From assembly GCA_951406725.2 (NCBI GenBank), contig OX597825.1, positions 7,564,001 to 7,628,000 of the forward strand: a DNA stretch of 64,000 nt, in the 5' to 3' direction. Source of the stretch: Octopus vulgaris (Eukaryota). How positions within the stretch are numbered: position 1 is the stretch's first letter; the number at the start of each line of letters is the position of its first letter. The notes below the pieces were generated by a model. The model saw only the letters and a list, made by a program, of their open reading frames with translations. It made no database searches and was not told the DNA's origin. The position numbers and the translations under genes are program-made. Shown here piece after piece: positions 25,659-40,339 of this stretch.

Positions 25659-26127
25659 TGATCGATCAAGAGATATTTATGTTGTTTTCATCTGAGCCGT
25701 GAAATTATTTCCAGAGACCTAATCATCATTTTGAATGTGAAAAGAGAAAGAAAGAAAGAAAGAAAGAAAGGGAATTGTGAAATAGGAAGAGTGGAAATGA
25801 TAAAGGTTAGAGTGTGAGAGAGAGAGAGAGAAAGATGAAAGAGATAGGATGAATTGATATTGAAATTCCCAGAATGTTACAATATGAAGGAAAGAAAAAA
25901 GGAAGAAAAGCCGAAGAACAACACCGCCCCCCCCCCCCTCTTGTCCCTCGTTCCTTTCACAATAAAATTTAAATAGTTGGAAAACTTAACGTCTGTCTAA
26001 TTTTGAGGATGGATTGGTGAATGGACAATAGAAATACATCTGATGAGATCACGAAACGAAGTCACAACCTCTTTCTATCAAATATATAATAATGTATTTT
26101 TATTAACAATGTTAGTTTTGGTATGTG

Positions 26128-26325
26128 AAGAAGCGTGGCTCAGTGGTTAGGGTATATGTGTTAAGATCGTAAGGTTGTGAGTTCGATTCGTGGCGGCATG
26201 TTGTGTTTTTGAACAAGGCAAGAATGAGGTGCCGTTGTGTTTCAAAGTCCTCCCCTCGTCACATTCTGTGACACGCTGAATCTCCCCGAGAACTAAGCTA
26301 AGGGTATGCGTGTCTGTGCAGTGCG
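26128..26325 (+). mobile_element. SINE family C, diverged
   Basis: A box tggctcagtgg and B box gagttcgattc; cacgctgaatctccccgagaact matches the reverse complement of 10600-10640. Confidence 0.7.
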
Positions 26326-26334
26326 AAGTAATGG

Positions 26335-26425
26335 GCGGACAAAATGCTTAAGGGCATTTCGTCTGTATCAACGTTCTGAGTTCAAATTCCGCCGAATTCG
26401 ACTCTGCCTTTCGGGGTCGATAAAA
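26335..26425 (+). mobile_element. SINE family B fragment
   Basis: aaatgctta...acgttctgagttcaaattccgccga...tttcggggtcgataaa. Confidence 0.75.
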
Positions 26426-26434
26426 TGTGTACCA

Positions 26435-26690
26435 ATCGTGCAAGGAATCAGCTACTGGGAAAGGCTGTCAATTTAAGGCTCTGCTCCAGAGTGCGAAAGC
26501 GGGAAAGATATCCAGTGATATACTAACACATGTACCAAATTTTGGCATTGAAAGCTACTCAAACACAAGAACAGAGCGCTACTGCAGAGTGCCAAAGATT
26601 CCAACACCTTGATCAAAATACAGGAACAGATACTGCAACAGCTTGATTTTCCAGGAACCACAGCTCTTCAGCATCCTCCAAAATGTTTGA
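26435..26690 (+). pseudogene. Decayed 3' fragment of a CR1-like LINE ORF2 (C-terminal to RT)
   Basis: Frameshifted translation ISYWERL / LRLCSRVRKRERYPVIY / VPNFGIESY...NSLIFQEPQLFSIL resembles the SYxERLxxLxLxSLxxRRxR ... FNxLP C-terminus of CR1-clade ORF2. Confidence 0.7.
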
Positions 26691-28083
26691 ATGTACTCGA
26701 CTTTATCCCTTCCTCTGAACATGCTGACCTTGTGCAAAAATCTGAAACCAATTATATAGTGACTATACTGGGGCCAGTTCTACAGCCACTAGATTTCTCT
26801 AATGTTATAAACATATTCTTTACGTTTTTTTTTACGTAAATTCATATTTGAATTGCAATTAATTAGCAAACCTACAACACGGTAAGGTTTGGTCAGATCC
26901 CATTGAAGTATCCTTTGGGTTTCATTCTTTCGGTGTCGGCAAAATCAAGTATCAGACCGGTTTGATGGGTTACCATTGTTTGAAGCATGGAGCGAGATGC
27001 CTTGAAGAATTTCTTCTCGTTCCTCACTTTCAAAATTCTTAGGTAGTAAACTTAATCTGGTACCCGCTATATCACCCGGCATCGACAACCGATCCAGCAT
27101 TGTCATCGGGTGCTTGCGTACATTTAACGAAGTTCCTTCCACTGTTTTGGAAGTATTCGGACAATGCCCGGTTTGAGTTTAACCCTGTCCTTTCTTACCC
27201 CAAAGTCTTGAAGATCCTCTTCATAAGTGTGTGTGTGGGGAGGATCATGGATGTTGCCCTTTCATCCCTAATGCAGAATCGAAAACAGTTCCAGTGTTCC
27301 ATGCTATGTATGAAATGCATAATTACGATTTCTTCACTGATGAAGTTACGCGTTTCCCACTAATTGCTAAAACTCTCACATACTATCCAGACTGAGATTC
27401 TTTGACCATTCCCAGTCGAAATATTTCATTCCAGCTTGTCACAGTGTTTGTTCCATTCTTTACAAAAAAACTAAACTTAGAAACAAAAAATGAAACAAAA
27501 GAAAATGCAAAACAAAACAAAAAAAAAATACTGTTTGATTTATTATTATTGAAGATCAAAGTAATTGAGCTGAAGGTAATTTTAGACTAGAATTAATTAG
27601 GAAGAAATAATCAATTGTTATATTGTTGTCAGAATGTACAGTTTGTCGGACAACGGTATTTAATTATAAACATCTAGATTGCGAGGTCAAATCGCGCCGG
27701 AGCCAATTCTATCATTTATACTTCCGGAATCAATGGAGTGATTGCCAGTAATGTATTGTAGCGCCCTCTACCTCACTCTCTCTCTCTCTCTCTCCTTTTA
27801 CACTACTTGGCCCGCTGTCTCGCCAATCCACCAAAAACAATTGAAGTAAATAACGGAAAAGGCAATGTAAATAACATTCTGTAATAAACAACAACAACAA
27901 CAGTCACAACAATAACATCATCATTAATAATAATAACAACAACAACAGCAATAGGAAGAATGAATGAAGAAGTCTGACGATATAAATAAAATCAATTCAT
28001 CTCCACTCGTTCCATTTTCCAGGAAACTAAGGTCAAAGAGGCGAAAATAGAAAGTAAACAACTGTTAAAACAATGACATCGGC

Positions 28084-28180
<97 letters not shown>

Positions 28181-28231
28181 CACATATTACACAAACATAC
28201 TATACTTAAATAGGAGCACAAACACACGTGA

Positions 28232-28321
<90 letters not shown>

Positions 28322-28530
28322 GTGTGTATGTGTATGTATGTATGTGTGTATGTATGTATATATGCAGTCATTTTGTTATTTCTAGTAGATAAGTGGATAA
28401 ATAAGGATAGGGAAAATGAAATAAATAGATCAATTTAACTGGATATTTCATTGATTTCGGGGCTGAGTGATGATAGTTTTATTTGTATGTACACATAACT
28501 ATACGCGCGCGTGTATATATATATATATAT

Positions 28531-28583
<53 letters not shown>

Positions 28584-28584
28584 C

Positions 28585-28634
<50 letters not shown>

Positions 28635-28635
28635 G

Positions 28636-28666
<31 letters not shown>

Positions 28667-29121
28667 GTGTGCGACTGAATGTTGAACCGGCGCATTGAAT
28701 GCCCACCAGAGAGAACTGACAATTGCCCTGAAGCTTGAGAAGAAATAGGTCTAAATCTTTTGTCGTTTCGACTGAAAAACATTGAAACCCGCTGGCAACG
28801 AACTCCTGCCCTTGCAACACTTCATCTAACAAAAAAAAAGAAAAATCTCAAAAAATCACACTTTTTCCAGTTTCGGCCGATTTCATTCACAATCAGTTTC
28901 ATACGGAACCATTATAGACGGATTCTGACTCATTCCATTTCCAATGTATAGTCCTTGCCTTTCAAAAAGGTTGCGGTGGTGAATATACACACCACAAACA
29001 ATAGTGTATAATGCTTTCTTTCATCATCATCATCATCATCATCATCACCTTCTTGTTGTTCCTCTTCCTTTCTCTCTTTCTCGATATACACAAGTATATA
29101 GATATATATATATATATACAA

Positions 29122-29286
29122 CCTTTAGTCGAGCAAATCGACCCCAGGACTTTGTAAGCTTAGTACTTATTCTATCATTCTCATTTGCCAAACTGCTAAT
29201 TTACGGGGACGCAAACACAACAGCATCTGTTGTCAAGTGATGTTGGGGGGACAAATACAGATACACAATCATATAAATACATACAT

Positions 29287-29319
<33 letters not shown>

Positions 29320-29482
29320 CGACGGGCTTCCTTTAGTTTCCGTCTACCAAATCCACTCACATGGCTTTGGTCGGCCTGAGGCAATAGTAGACGACACTTG
29401 CGAAAGATGCCATACAAGGGGACTGAACCCAGAACCATGTAGTTGGGAGGCAAGCTACTTATCACGCAGCCACTCCTGCGCC
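29122..29482 (-). mobile_element. SINE family A, tail truncated
   Basis: Homologous to 20619-21046. Confidence 0.85.
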
Positions 29483-29512
29483 TATATATATATATATATA
29501 TATAAATATGAG

Positions 29513-29731
29513 AGGGTACCACTATGTGGAAGCCCTTACGCTAAAAAGAGATCCGCATAGGTCTCAACCACTAAGAATTGTTCTCCAGAAAATTTAGCAC
29601 ACCAGAAACGTAAGCGAGCAAGACAAATGAAAAATAACAAAAAATTCTGGTGTGCTAAATTTTCTGGAGAATAATTCTTACAGGTTGAGACCTATGCCGA
29701 CCTCTTTTTAGCTTCCACAGAGTGGTTCCCT
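29513..29731. repeat. Inverted repeat (about 85-95-bp arms) between (TA)n tracts, probable PLE-type fold-back
   Basis: agggtaccactatgtggaagc...tttagcacaccagaa versus ttctggtgtgctaaa...gcttccacagagtggttccct. The right extension 29780-29815 is similar to the reverse complement of 34100-34135. Confidence 0.75.
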
Positions 29732-29840
29732 ATTATATTTATATATAAGATACTATTTACTGAATCTCAGTTTTTTATGCGCTAGACCACTGGTGTTAAA
29801 TTGATGTTCTTAAATTAATATCCAATTTTTCACCCTCATT

Positions 29841-29930
<90 letters not shown>

Positions 29931-30091
29931 GTATGTATGTATGAATATACATGCATATATGTGTGCAGGACGTCACTATAGTGCAAATAGCATGATATAC
30001 GTAAACAAACGAGCAGAATACGTAAACAAGAAAAATAGAAAACAGGACCAGTAAATACAGAGATATTACACACACACATATGTATATATAT

Positions 30092-30495
30092 ACTCTTTCT
30101 CTCTTTTACTCTTCTACTTGTTTCAGTCATTTGACTGCGGCCATGCTGGAGCACCGCCTATAGTCGAGCAACTCGACCACGGGACTTATTCTTTTTGTAA
30201 GCCCAGTACTTATTCTATCGGTCGCTTTTGCCGAACCGCTAAGTGACGGGGACGTAAACACACCAGCATCGGTTGTCAAGCAATGCTAGGGAGACAAACA
30301 CAGACACACAAACACATACACACATATATATATACATATATACGACAGGCTTCTTTCAGTTTCCGTCTACCAAATCCACTCACAAGGCATTGGTCGGCCC
30401 GGGGCTATAGCAGAAGACACTTTGCCAAGATGCCACGCAGTGGGACTGAACCCGCAACCATGTGGTTGGTTAGCAAGCTACTTACCACACTGCGC
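30092..30495 (-). mobile_element. SINE family A
   Basis: Near-identical to 20619-21046. Confidence 0.85.
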
Positions 30496-31043
30496 TTATA
30501 TATATATGTGTGTGTGTGTGGGTGTGTGTGGGTGTGTGTGTGTGTGTATGTAAGTGTGTGACTGTTTTATCTTTATTTTTTTTTCTAGAGCTGCTTCTGT
30601 TTTCGGTTTCTCTAAATCGCCTAATTTATTACTTCAGTATTATGAAATATTAGAAATAAACTCAAACACACCGATATTCACTCGCTACACATTGTCAGTG
30701 TTTTCGCTTCGCAAACTCCGGGTTCGCATTTCGATCCCGCTCCCTGGTATCTTTTGCCATTCGCTGTTTCCTCGCTTCGTATCGATACTGTGAGTAAAAT
30801 GGTGTTTTGGCGGAAGCTGTAATATACGTTACAGTGTTGTCACAACCTTTCATTCTGATTCTGCCCGAGAATTATGTTATGTGAACGAGTTGTCTTTATA
30901 ATATGCGGTTAGTAACACCTTAATTCAGGAGAAGATAACTTAGTGAATCAGTTAATCGGACGTTTGAATATCTAATTTTGATAAATGGAAATCCTCTACT
31001 ACAACTATATACATATAAATAAATAACTAAACATATAAATATA

Positions 31044-31240
31044 TCGCTAGCCACTAAACCTTTTTCAATTTCTCTCTCTCTTTATTTCTGTGTTCCTTTC
31101 TGTTGAAGAGCGTAGGCTCGAAACGTAAAAGACTCTCTCACTTCCCGAGCGTTAAACTAATACATCTGTTTGCTGTTTACATACCCGTCTTCGTCTTTTG
31201 TTTTGCTTGTTTGTTTCTTTTTTTTTTGTAAATTCCAACT
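31044..31240 (+). mobile_element. Family Y short element with hammerhead-like motif
   Basis: cttt-CTGTTGA-A-gagc gtag gctc-GAAA-cg-TA-aaag at 31096-31131. Confidence 0.7.
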
Positions 31241-31258
31241 ACATACATACATACATAC

Positions 31259-31289
<31 letters not shown>

Positions 31290-31362
31290 TGTATGTATGT
31301 ATGTATGTATGTATGTATGTATGTATGTATGTATGTATGAATGTATGCATGTATATATATAT

Positions 31363-31493
31363 ATTTATTTTATAGAAGGAGCTTCTACAGGACTAGAACT
31401 GTTTCATTAAAAAGAAATCATCAGGAGCTTCCTGATGATTTCTTTTGAATGAAACAGTTCTAGTCCTGTAGAAGCTCCTTCTATAAAATAAAT
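31363..31493. repeat. Near-perfect palindrome (64-bp arms, 3-nt loop) with a hammerhead core in each arm
   Basis: Arms differ at one position seen; centre is catcagga-gct-tcctgatg. Right arm reads CTGATGA-t ttc tttt gaa t-GAAA-c agttcta g-TC. Confidence 0.85.
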
Positions 31494-31766
31494 TAATTTA
31501 CTCTGCTTACATCCACGCACACATTACACGTTGTCACGTAGAAACGCACACACGCACACGCACACTCACTCACACACATATTGTGTCTGTATGCACGCAC
31601 TGTACTTCTTGTTTAAGATAATTTGCACTAATTTACATATAAGACACCAATAAGTCTATGAATTCTTCAGTAAATACATTAAAATAACTTAGCCATCAGC
31701 TGTTACAGAAATACGCGGTGGAGAAGCGGTTGATGACCTTACACTAAATATATATATATAAAACAA

Positions 31767-31843
<77 letters not shown>

Positions 31844-32054
31844 GGAGAGAGAGAGAGAGAGCTAGATAGATAGATAAATAGATAGATAGATCGATAGATA
31901 AATAAATACACACATAAATGCATACATATATGATGGTGTGGGGAAACTCTTGAAATAGAATCGGAAAACTATCTATAACCGTATGGGAACAAGAACATCA
32001 ATGAATAAGCGAGTAGTCGTCATATTTTCCTCTCAAATCACGTTCTAACTTCAT

Positions 32055-32468
32055 TACTCTTACTCTCTTTTACTCTTTTACTTGTTTCAGTCATTTGACT
32101 GCGGCCATGCTGGAGCACCGCCTTTAATCGAGCGACTCGACCCCGGGACTTATTCTTTTTGTAAGCCCAGTACTTATTCTAGGTTTCTTTTGCCGAACCG
32201 CTAAGTAACGGGGACATAAACACACCAGCATCGGTTGTCAAGCAATGCTAGGGGGACAAACACAGACACACAAACAAACACACATATATATATATACATA
32301 TATACGACAGGCTTCTTTCAGTTTCCGTCTACCAAATCCACTCACAAGGCTTTGATCGGTCCGAGGTTATAGTAGAAGACACGTGCTCAAGATGCCACGT
32401 AGTGGGAATGAACCCGGAACCATGTGGTTGGTAAGCAAGTTACTTACCACACAGCCACTCCTGCACCT
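32055..32468 (-). mobile_element. SINE family A, full length
   Basis: Homologous to 20619-21046. Confidence 0.85.
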
Positions 32469-34058
32469 ATGTCTGTTTAATAAATGGTAAAGTTGATGGT
32501 ATAGAATTTGAACTCAGAACAAAAGAGTACAGTAACTTAAGGCAAGGCTTTTTGTCTGATGTGTAACCAATTCTAATATTCCTAAAACAATTTTGTATAT
32601 ATATTGTGTCTGAATTAAAATTTGGGTGGTCAACGCCTACTTGGCCAGAGCTTAGGCGGAGATTAATAGCAACAATGTCAACCTTTATAACATCAAGGTA
32701 TTATTTTATTGGCTAAATTAGAAATGAAAAAAGATCTCTCATAGTCAGAGTGGGCGATAATCAGATCAATGATGATTGAATATTTAATGATGGCAAGTGT
32801 GCCGTAAAATGGAGGAAATTCTGAAGCTTTGGTTGGGTTCCTTCTCTGGCTTATAGGGGGAGTTACTGTAGCTGTAACCAGGGAGATAAGGAATAAAATT
32901 GTATGATAGTGTTTCTCCCGTGTGTTTCTCTAACCTATAAATTTTCTGTCATTTACCTATATTTTCTACCAATATTACTTGTTTTTATATTTTGTTTTGT
33001 CATGTTTTCTAAAGAAATGTCCTAAGTGGCGTTCAGTTAGAATTCTCACCTCACCAACACCCTCTTAAAATTATATACTTTCTCTCATATTGATTATTAG
33101 TCCCTTCATCTCAGCGGGTTGTCTCCTTATATTCAATATTAGCTTTGTCAAACGATTCAGTTGAAATAATATAGTGTCCAGTCCTTGAAATGACCTCCCA
33201 TATGTGGCATCTGACCACCAATTCTCCGACATTCTTGACTGAAGTCGGAGATAATTTTTAATTGGACAGAAATTTCCTCGTTCTGGGTCAGAGAGAAAGC
33301 GTTAACTGGAAGCCATTAAATTTCCCTAAAGGCTTTTAATGAGTTAAGTCACGTGACAGCTACAACCGAAAGCTTACCTTCCATTTTATGATGTTCATTT
33401 ATTTGACGATGGCTAACATGATGTGTGTCATAAAACAATTAGAACCATTCGTAAACTCATCCATCAATCTGCACACAATTATGCTATCTGTGAGCAGTAC
33501 TGAACTCTGATTTCAAACTCTTTGTTGCACTGAAATTGATATAATCATAGCCACAATTGTATATTTGACTATTATACACATACATTAGTGACCCACGTAT
33601 CTTAATTTAGAGACAGAGAGTAATATAATAGAACTGACATTTATTATACACTACGCTTAACCCAAGAGGGATTTTAATTCACACGGCAAAGATAATGTAA
33701 CGAGAGATAGGTAATTAGAAAGTTTTAAAACTATCTTGAAGCACGAAGGGAAAAGAGTGGAATTAGATGTTCATGGCGGTTTCATAATTATGTTTATCTA
33801 TTCTGTACGTGGTTGATGGAGAAGGGATAAGCTAAAACATTTGGCATAATTCTTCACCAGTCTGTTTCCATCTTTAAATTCTTGTTTACGTAAACTTTTT
33901 ACGTACCATAACAGAAGACATTTATAACATACAAGAACTATATCGTTCGATTATATAAGATATCAATATCGGTGCGGATAACTAGTTCCATGGTATTATA
34001 GTTCGTGTTACATATATTTGTTCATCTGTTAAACAGAATCTTAAGAATTTACATATAA

Positions 34059-34089
<31 letters not shown>

Positions 34090-34313
34090 AACGGTAAGAA
34101 TTATGAAACATTAATTTATACCAGTGGCCAGCATGTTTAAAGAAAAAAGGGTTCTTATACCGTAACTATTTTTATAACACATAAAGTACTCCTACATCAA
34201 ATACTTTAAACGGGCCTCTCTCACTGTCTCTCTCTTTCTCTCTCCCTATGTATGTGTGAATGCGTGTGTGTGTGTATATATATGTATATATTTATATCTA
34301 TCTATTTATCTAT

Positions 34314-34396
<83 letters not shown>

Positions 34397-34397
<1 letters not shown>

Positions 34398-34730
34398 GGA
34401 TTCAATCCCACCGCGTGACCCCTTGGGCATGTGTCTTCTACTATTGCCCCGGGAAGACCAAACACTTATGAGTGGATCTGGGAGAAGAAAACTGAAAGAA
34501 GCCCGTCGTGTATATCTGTGTTCGTGTGTGTTTGTGTATGTGCTTGTCCCCCCCACTTCACCCTCCCACTGCTGGTGTGTTTACGTACCCGTAACCTACC
34601 AGACACTGATAGAATAAGTAGTACTATGCTGAAAAAGAAGTTCTGGAGTAGATACATTGAACTAAAATATTCTCCAAGGTGGTGCACCAGCATGGCCGCA
34701 GTCTAATGACTGAAGCAAGTAAAAGATAAA
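34397..34730 (+). mobile_element. SINE family A, diverged and 5'-truncated
   Basis: ccttgggcatgtgtcttctactat...aaactgaaagaagcccgtcg...ccagcatggccgcagtc. Confidence 0.8.
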
Positions 34731-35164
34731 AAAATAAGATATTCATAATCTACTGGTATTTCATATGAATCTTGAAGGGATGAATTTTCGTTAGAAACTT
34801 CGTATGAGATGACAACGAGCAGATATTAATTATGTGTATGACTTAAGAAATTTAGTATGATTTTTGGAAACTCAATAACGTCGCCATATTGAAAACATTG
34901 CAAAAGCAAAAAAAAAAAAAATGCGATTACTTGTACGTATGTGTATGAGCCTTTATAAATATGTGTCTGTGTGTGTAGGCAAGATATACATCTAATATGA
35001 TTGAAGCTGGTTTGCTTCGTACATTGAGAGGTCTTAATCTTTTTCCCACATTTCTCATAAAAAACAGTTTAAAATTTTAAAATGCGTTATTAGATATTCA
35101 TTGAGCCCTTCCATGAAAATATGACTCGTAACTAAATGAATTGATGTATATTGCCCCTCTCTCC

Positions 35165-35204
<40 letters not shown>

Positions 35205-35417
35205 TTCTGTAATTCTTTCTCCACTCGCTGTGTATTTGTGCGTGTATATATGCAACGTATTTCGGAGAATTAGGTAGGTCATATTTTACCCGGCACACGT
35301 ATGTCTCCTTCCGGTGTATATGTATGCATGTATGTATGTATGTATGTATGTATGCATGTATGTATGTTTCTGTACATACATACGTACACACACATACATA
35401 TATGTATGTATATATGC

Positions 35418-35450
<33 letters not shown>

Positions 35451-35596
35451 CATACATATATGTATATATATGCATGTATATAAATACATTTATATATACA
35501 ATACATATTTACACGAAGATATATGTAAATATATATATATATATATATACATATTTATACACACACACACAAACAAACATATATATATATATATGC

Positions 35597-35781
35597 AAGG
35601 CGAAAGTTCACAAACAAAAACAAAAGACGGAGACAGCTGGTGTGGACAACAGACAGCTGAATTAGTATAACGCTCGGGAAGTGAAGACATATTTAACGTT
35701 TCGAGCCTAAGCTCTTCCACAGAAAGGAACGCAAAAAGAAACAAGGATAGAAAATAAAGAATGTGTAGTGGCTAGCAATCG

Positions 35782-35786
<5 letters not shown>
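35597..35786 (-). mobile_element. Family Y short element with hammerhead-like motif, in (TA)n
   Basis: Minus strand reads ttt-CTGTGGA-A-gagc ttag gctc-GAAA-cg-TT-aaa. Confidence 0.7.
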
Positions 35787-35844
<58 letters not shown>

Positions 35845-35897
35845 ATTTTGATTTTGATTTTTCCAGTTTCAGCTAATGAGCTGTGGCCATGCTAGGG

Positions 35898-35957
<60 letters not shown>

Positions 35958-36018
35958 CATCTATATATATGAAATACATTTACATATGCATTTATATATA
36001 TGTACATACATACATACA

Positions 36019-36065
<47 letters not shown>

Positions 36066-36251
36066 CACCGCCAGCAATTTTTTTCCTCTGTCTTCCCTTC
36101 TCAGGATCTTTCCTTCTCCTTTATTTCCGACGAAGAGCTCCGCTCGAAACGTTAAACCCTCCTTCTTCCCTTCTTTCTTGAGCGTCCAATAATACTTTAT
36201 TTGTTCCACGTCCTCGCGTTGCTCTATTTTTTTGTGTTTTCTTGTTTGGAT

Positions 36252-36256
<5 letters not shown>
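36066..36256 (+). mobile_element. Family X short element with hammerhead-like motif (U4C), in (TA)n
   Basis: ttt-CCGACGA-A-gagc tcc gctc-GAAA-cg-TT-aaa at 36124-36156; (TA)n on both sides. Confidence 0.7.
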
Positions 36257-36291
<35 letters not shown>

Positions 36292-36470
36292 TTTTCTGTG
36301 CTTATACGTATGTGTGACCTTTAATGTATGTTGATATTTTATGAAGCATTTATGTTCATTATTGTTCCTTTACATTTCTTTATTTTTCGATTGTGTGTTG
36401 GCTAAAGCGCCATTAGTATACAGCAATCTATATACAAGTTTTCGTGGATGCCCCTGTGTGTGCTGTGTGT

Positions 36471-36501
<31 letters not shown>

Positions 36502-36619
36502 GCGTTTGTATAGGGTGTATGAATGTATATATGTTTGTATGCGAACAAGTATGTATGTAAAAATGCGCATAAACACTCCTAAATGTTCTACATATAATAT
36601 ATACGTAAATATATGTGTG

Positions 36620-36671
<52 letters not shown>

Positions 36672-37031
36672 GTTTGTATAGCTATATATATGTATATATA
36701 TAACTATATATGTATACATATATACATATATATATATATACCTATATATATATATACCTATATATATATATACACATGTATGGCTAAATGTACATATATA
36801 CAGGAGTATATATCTACAAATATATATGTATGCTTGTCTTTATATATATATATATATATATATATACACTCACACACACATATATATAGGTATATATCTA
36901 CAAATATATATGTGTATGCTTGTCTTTATATATATATATATATATATACACTCACACACACATATATATAGGTATATATATATATATATATGCATGTATA
37001 TCTATATATATATATGTATATCTATATATAT

Positions 37032-37101
<70 letters not shown>

Positions 37102-37627
37102 CTACCCACCCACGCAAATGCATTTGCACACGGGTATATGTATCCATGTGTAAATCTGTAAGCATTCATGAATTAGCACAAATCTGTGACTACTGTCTAT
37201 AACTTGCTTGCTACCGTCAAATACATTTTGCAGCGTATGTAGTATGCTTTTTTTTTTCTCGTAATGCAGATCGATAAACTTTTAATCAATCATCTCTTAC
37301 TCAACGGCGGCCTTCCGGCTAATCGATTCAATTCAGGTTTTATGGTTTGTATGGGATTTCATATTGTTTTTGTTGTTGTTGTTGTTATTTGCCTGTTCTT
37401 CTTGTTGCTTTTTTAACGGTTGTGTATATATTTTGCTTCTTTTTCTTCTTCTTCTTCTTATTTCTCTTATCATTATTGTTATTATTATTTCCTTACTCAC
37501 ATCGCAGTGAATTGAATTTTGAAAATATAGATATTGACACAAGTCTTGTTTAGAGAGAAAACAGAATATTAAACTGAGAAAAAGAAAAACACCATAAAAA
37601 ATGACGAAACCATGTTTACATATATAT

Positions 37628-37722
<95 letters not shown>

Positions 37723-37754
37723 TATATATAAATATATATATAAATATATATATA

Positions 37755-37828
<74 letters not shown>

Positions 37829-37901
37829 GTATATATATATATGTATCTATATATATATATATGTATCTCTATATATATCTATATGTATCTATATCTATCT
37901 A

Positions 37902-37947
<46 letters not shown>

Positions 37948-38531
37948 TATGTAAAGATATATATATGTGCGTGTACATATATCTATATCTATCTATCGAT
38001 ATATAAGTATATATACGTATATAGATTCATATATGTATACATATGTCTATATATACCTATATACATATATATAAGTATGTATCTCTATATATATGCACAC
38101 GCATATATACCTATGTATATATACCCGCATATACATACTACATACATATGTTTTGTACATGAGTTTGTGAGCGTTTGTGTGCATGTATATATGAATGCAT
38201 GTATACATGTATGTATGGAGATATATATATATATATATGTGTGTGTGTGTAAGTATGTACGTGTGTATGTATGTATATTACCTATGTGTTTATTTCTATC
38301 AACTGGTGGAGTTTAGCATTTCTTTAATAAGGTGAAAATAAGATGTTTGACATATTTGAACTTTCATCTACTTGAAGAAAAGCTCGAGTAATGGGCGTTG
38401 AGAATTTACATTGTTCCGGACTGCTACACTGTGACAGGTGAACAATACTGGCTCACCTAGTTATATCCTCCATATTTCCTGCATAGTTTCACACTAGATC
38501 TAGCACAGCTTCCTATATGACAACATGTCTA

Positions 38532-39024
<493 letters not shown>

Positions 39025-39027
39025 ATG

Positions 39028-39082
<55 letters not shown>

Positions 39083-39137
39083 TAATAATAATAACAATAA
39101 TAATAATAACAATAATAATGATTGTGGTAATAATAAT

Positions 39138-39349
39138 CCTTTCTCCTATAGGCACATGGCTTGGATTTTTGTCGGGTGGGGAGCAATCGATGACATCGAC
39201 CCCCAGTACTTACTGGTACTTAATTTATCGAGTCCGAAGTGTAAAAGGCAAAGTCGACCTCGACGAAATTTGAACTGAAAACGTAGCGACGGGTAAAATA
39301 CCGCTAAGCATTTCGACGAGCCTACTAAGGATTCTGCCACCTCTCCGCT
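39138..39349 (-). mobile_element. SINE family B monomer, short-tail type
   Basis: atcgacccc...ctggtacttaatttatcga...aaaggcaaagtcgacctcg...ccgctaagcatttcg. Confidence 0.8.
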
Positions 39350-39370
39350 CTAATAGTAATAGTAATAATG

Positions 39371-39437
<67 letters not shown>

Positions 39438-39438
39438 T

Positions 39439-39473
<35 letters not shown>

Positions 39474-39753
39474 CAATAATAATGATAATAATAATAATAC
39501 TAAAGAAAACGGAAAAAACGGAGAAGAAAAAGAGAAACAAGACGAAGAATTCTTTTACACAGACAAAAACTAGAAATCTTGATGCCTATGACCCCTTTCA
39601 ATCCAAACCGATCCATTTACTCTGTAATACAAATCTGCCTCTAACCGATCGTTTTATATAACATTCAGTATCAAAATTTCAGAGCCAATGTGATTGAGGG
39701 GTTATTTTATATAACTATGTATGTATGCATGTGTGCTTGTATATGTATATATA

Positions 39754-39806
<53 letters not shown>

Positions 39807-39970
39807 CGTTGCTATTATGCAAAAGTGTTGAAAGTCAAAAATGTTGCTTTTTCAGAAAACGAAGAAATAGTTTCACCCTTCCATTTCTTTTTACATTAGC
39901 AGCAGTTTCAGCTTAACAATAATACTTTGTTGGGTGCCTATAATCATGCATACATGATATTTTCAGTCAG

Positions 39971-40339
<369 letters not shown>

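Noticed and set aside
26040-26063. Compact CTGATGA-gatcac-GAAA-cgaag-TC hammerhead core
   Set aside because: The flanks (tacat / acaac) cannot form stem I and stem II is only 1 bp; likely chance or too decayed.
36806-36972. Local duplications of microsatellite-rich units (also 50940-51140, 48640-48750, 53130-53166, 63330-63450)
   Set aside because: Ordinary slippage or unequal-crossover products with no further structure.
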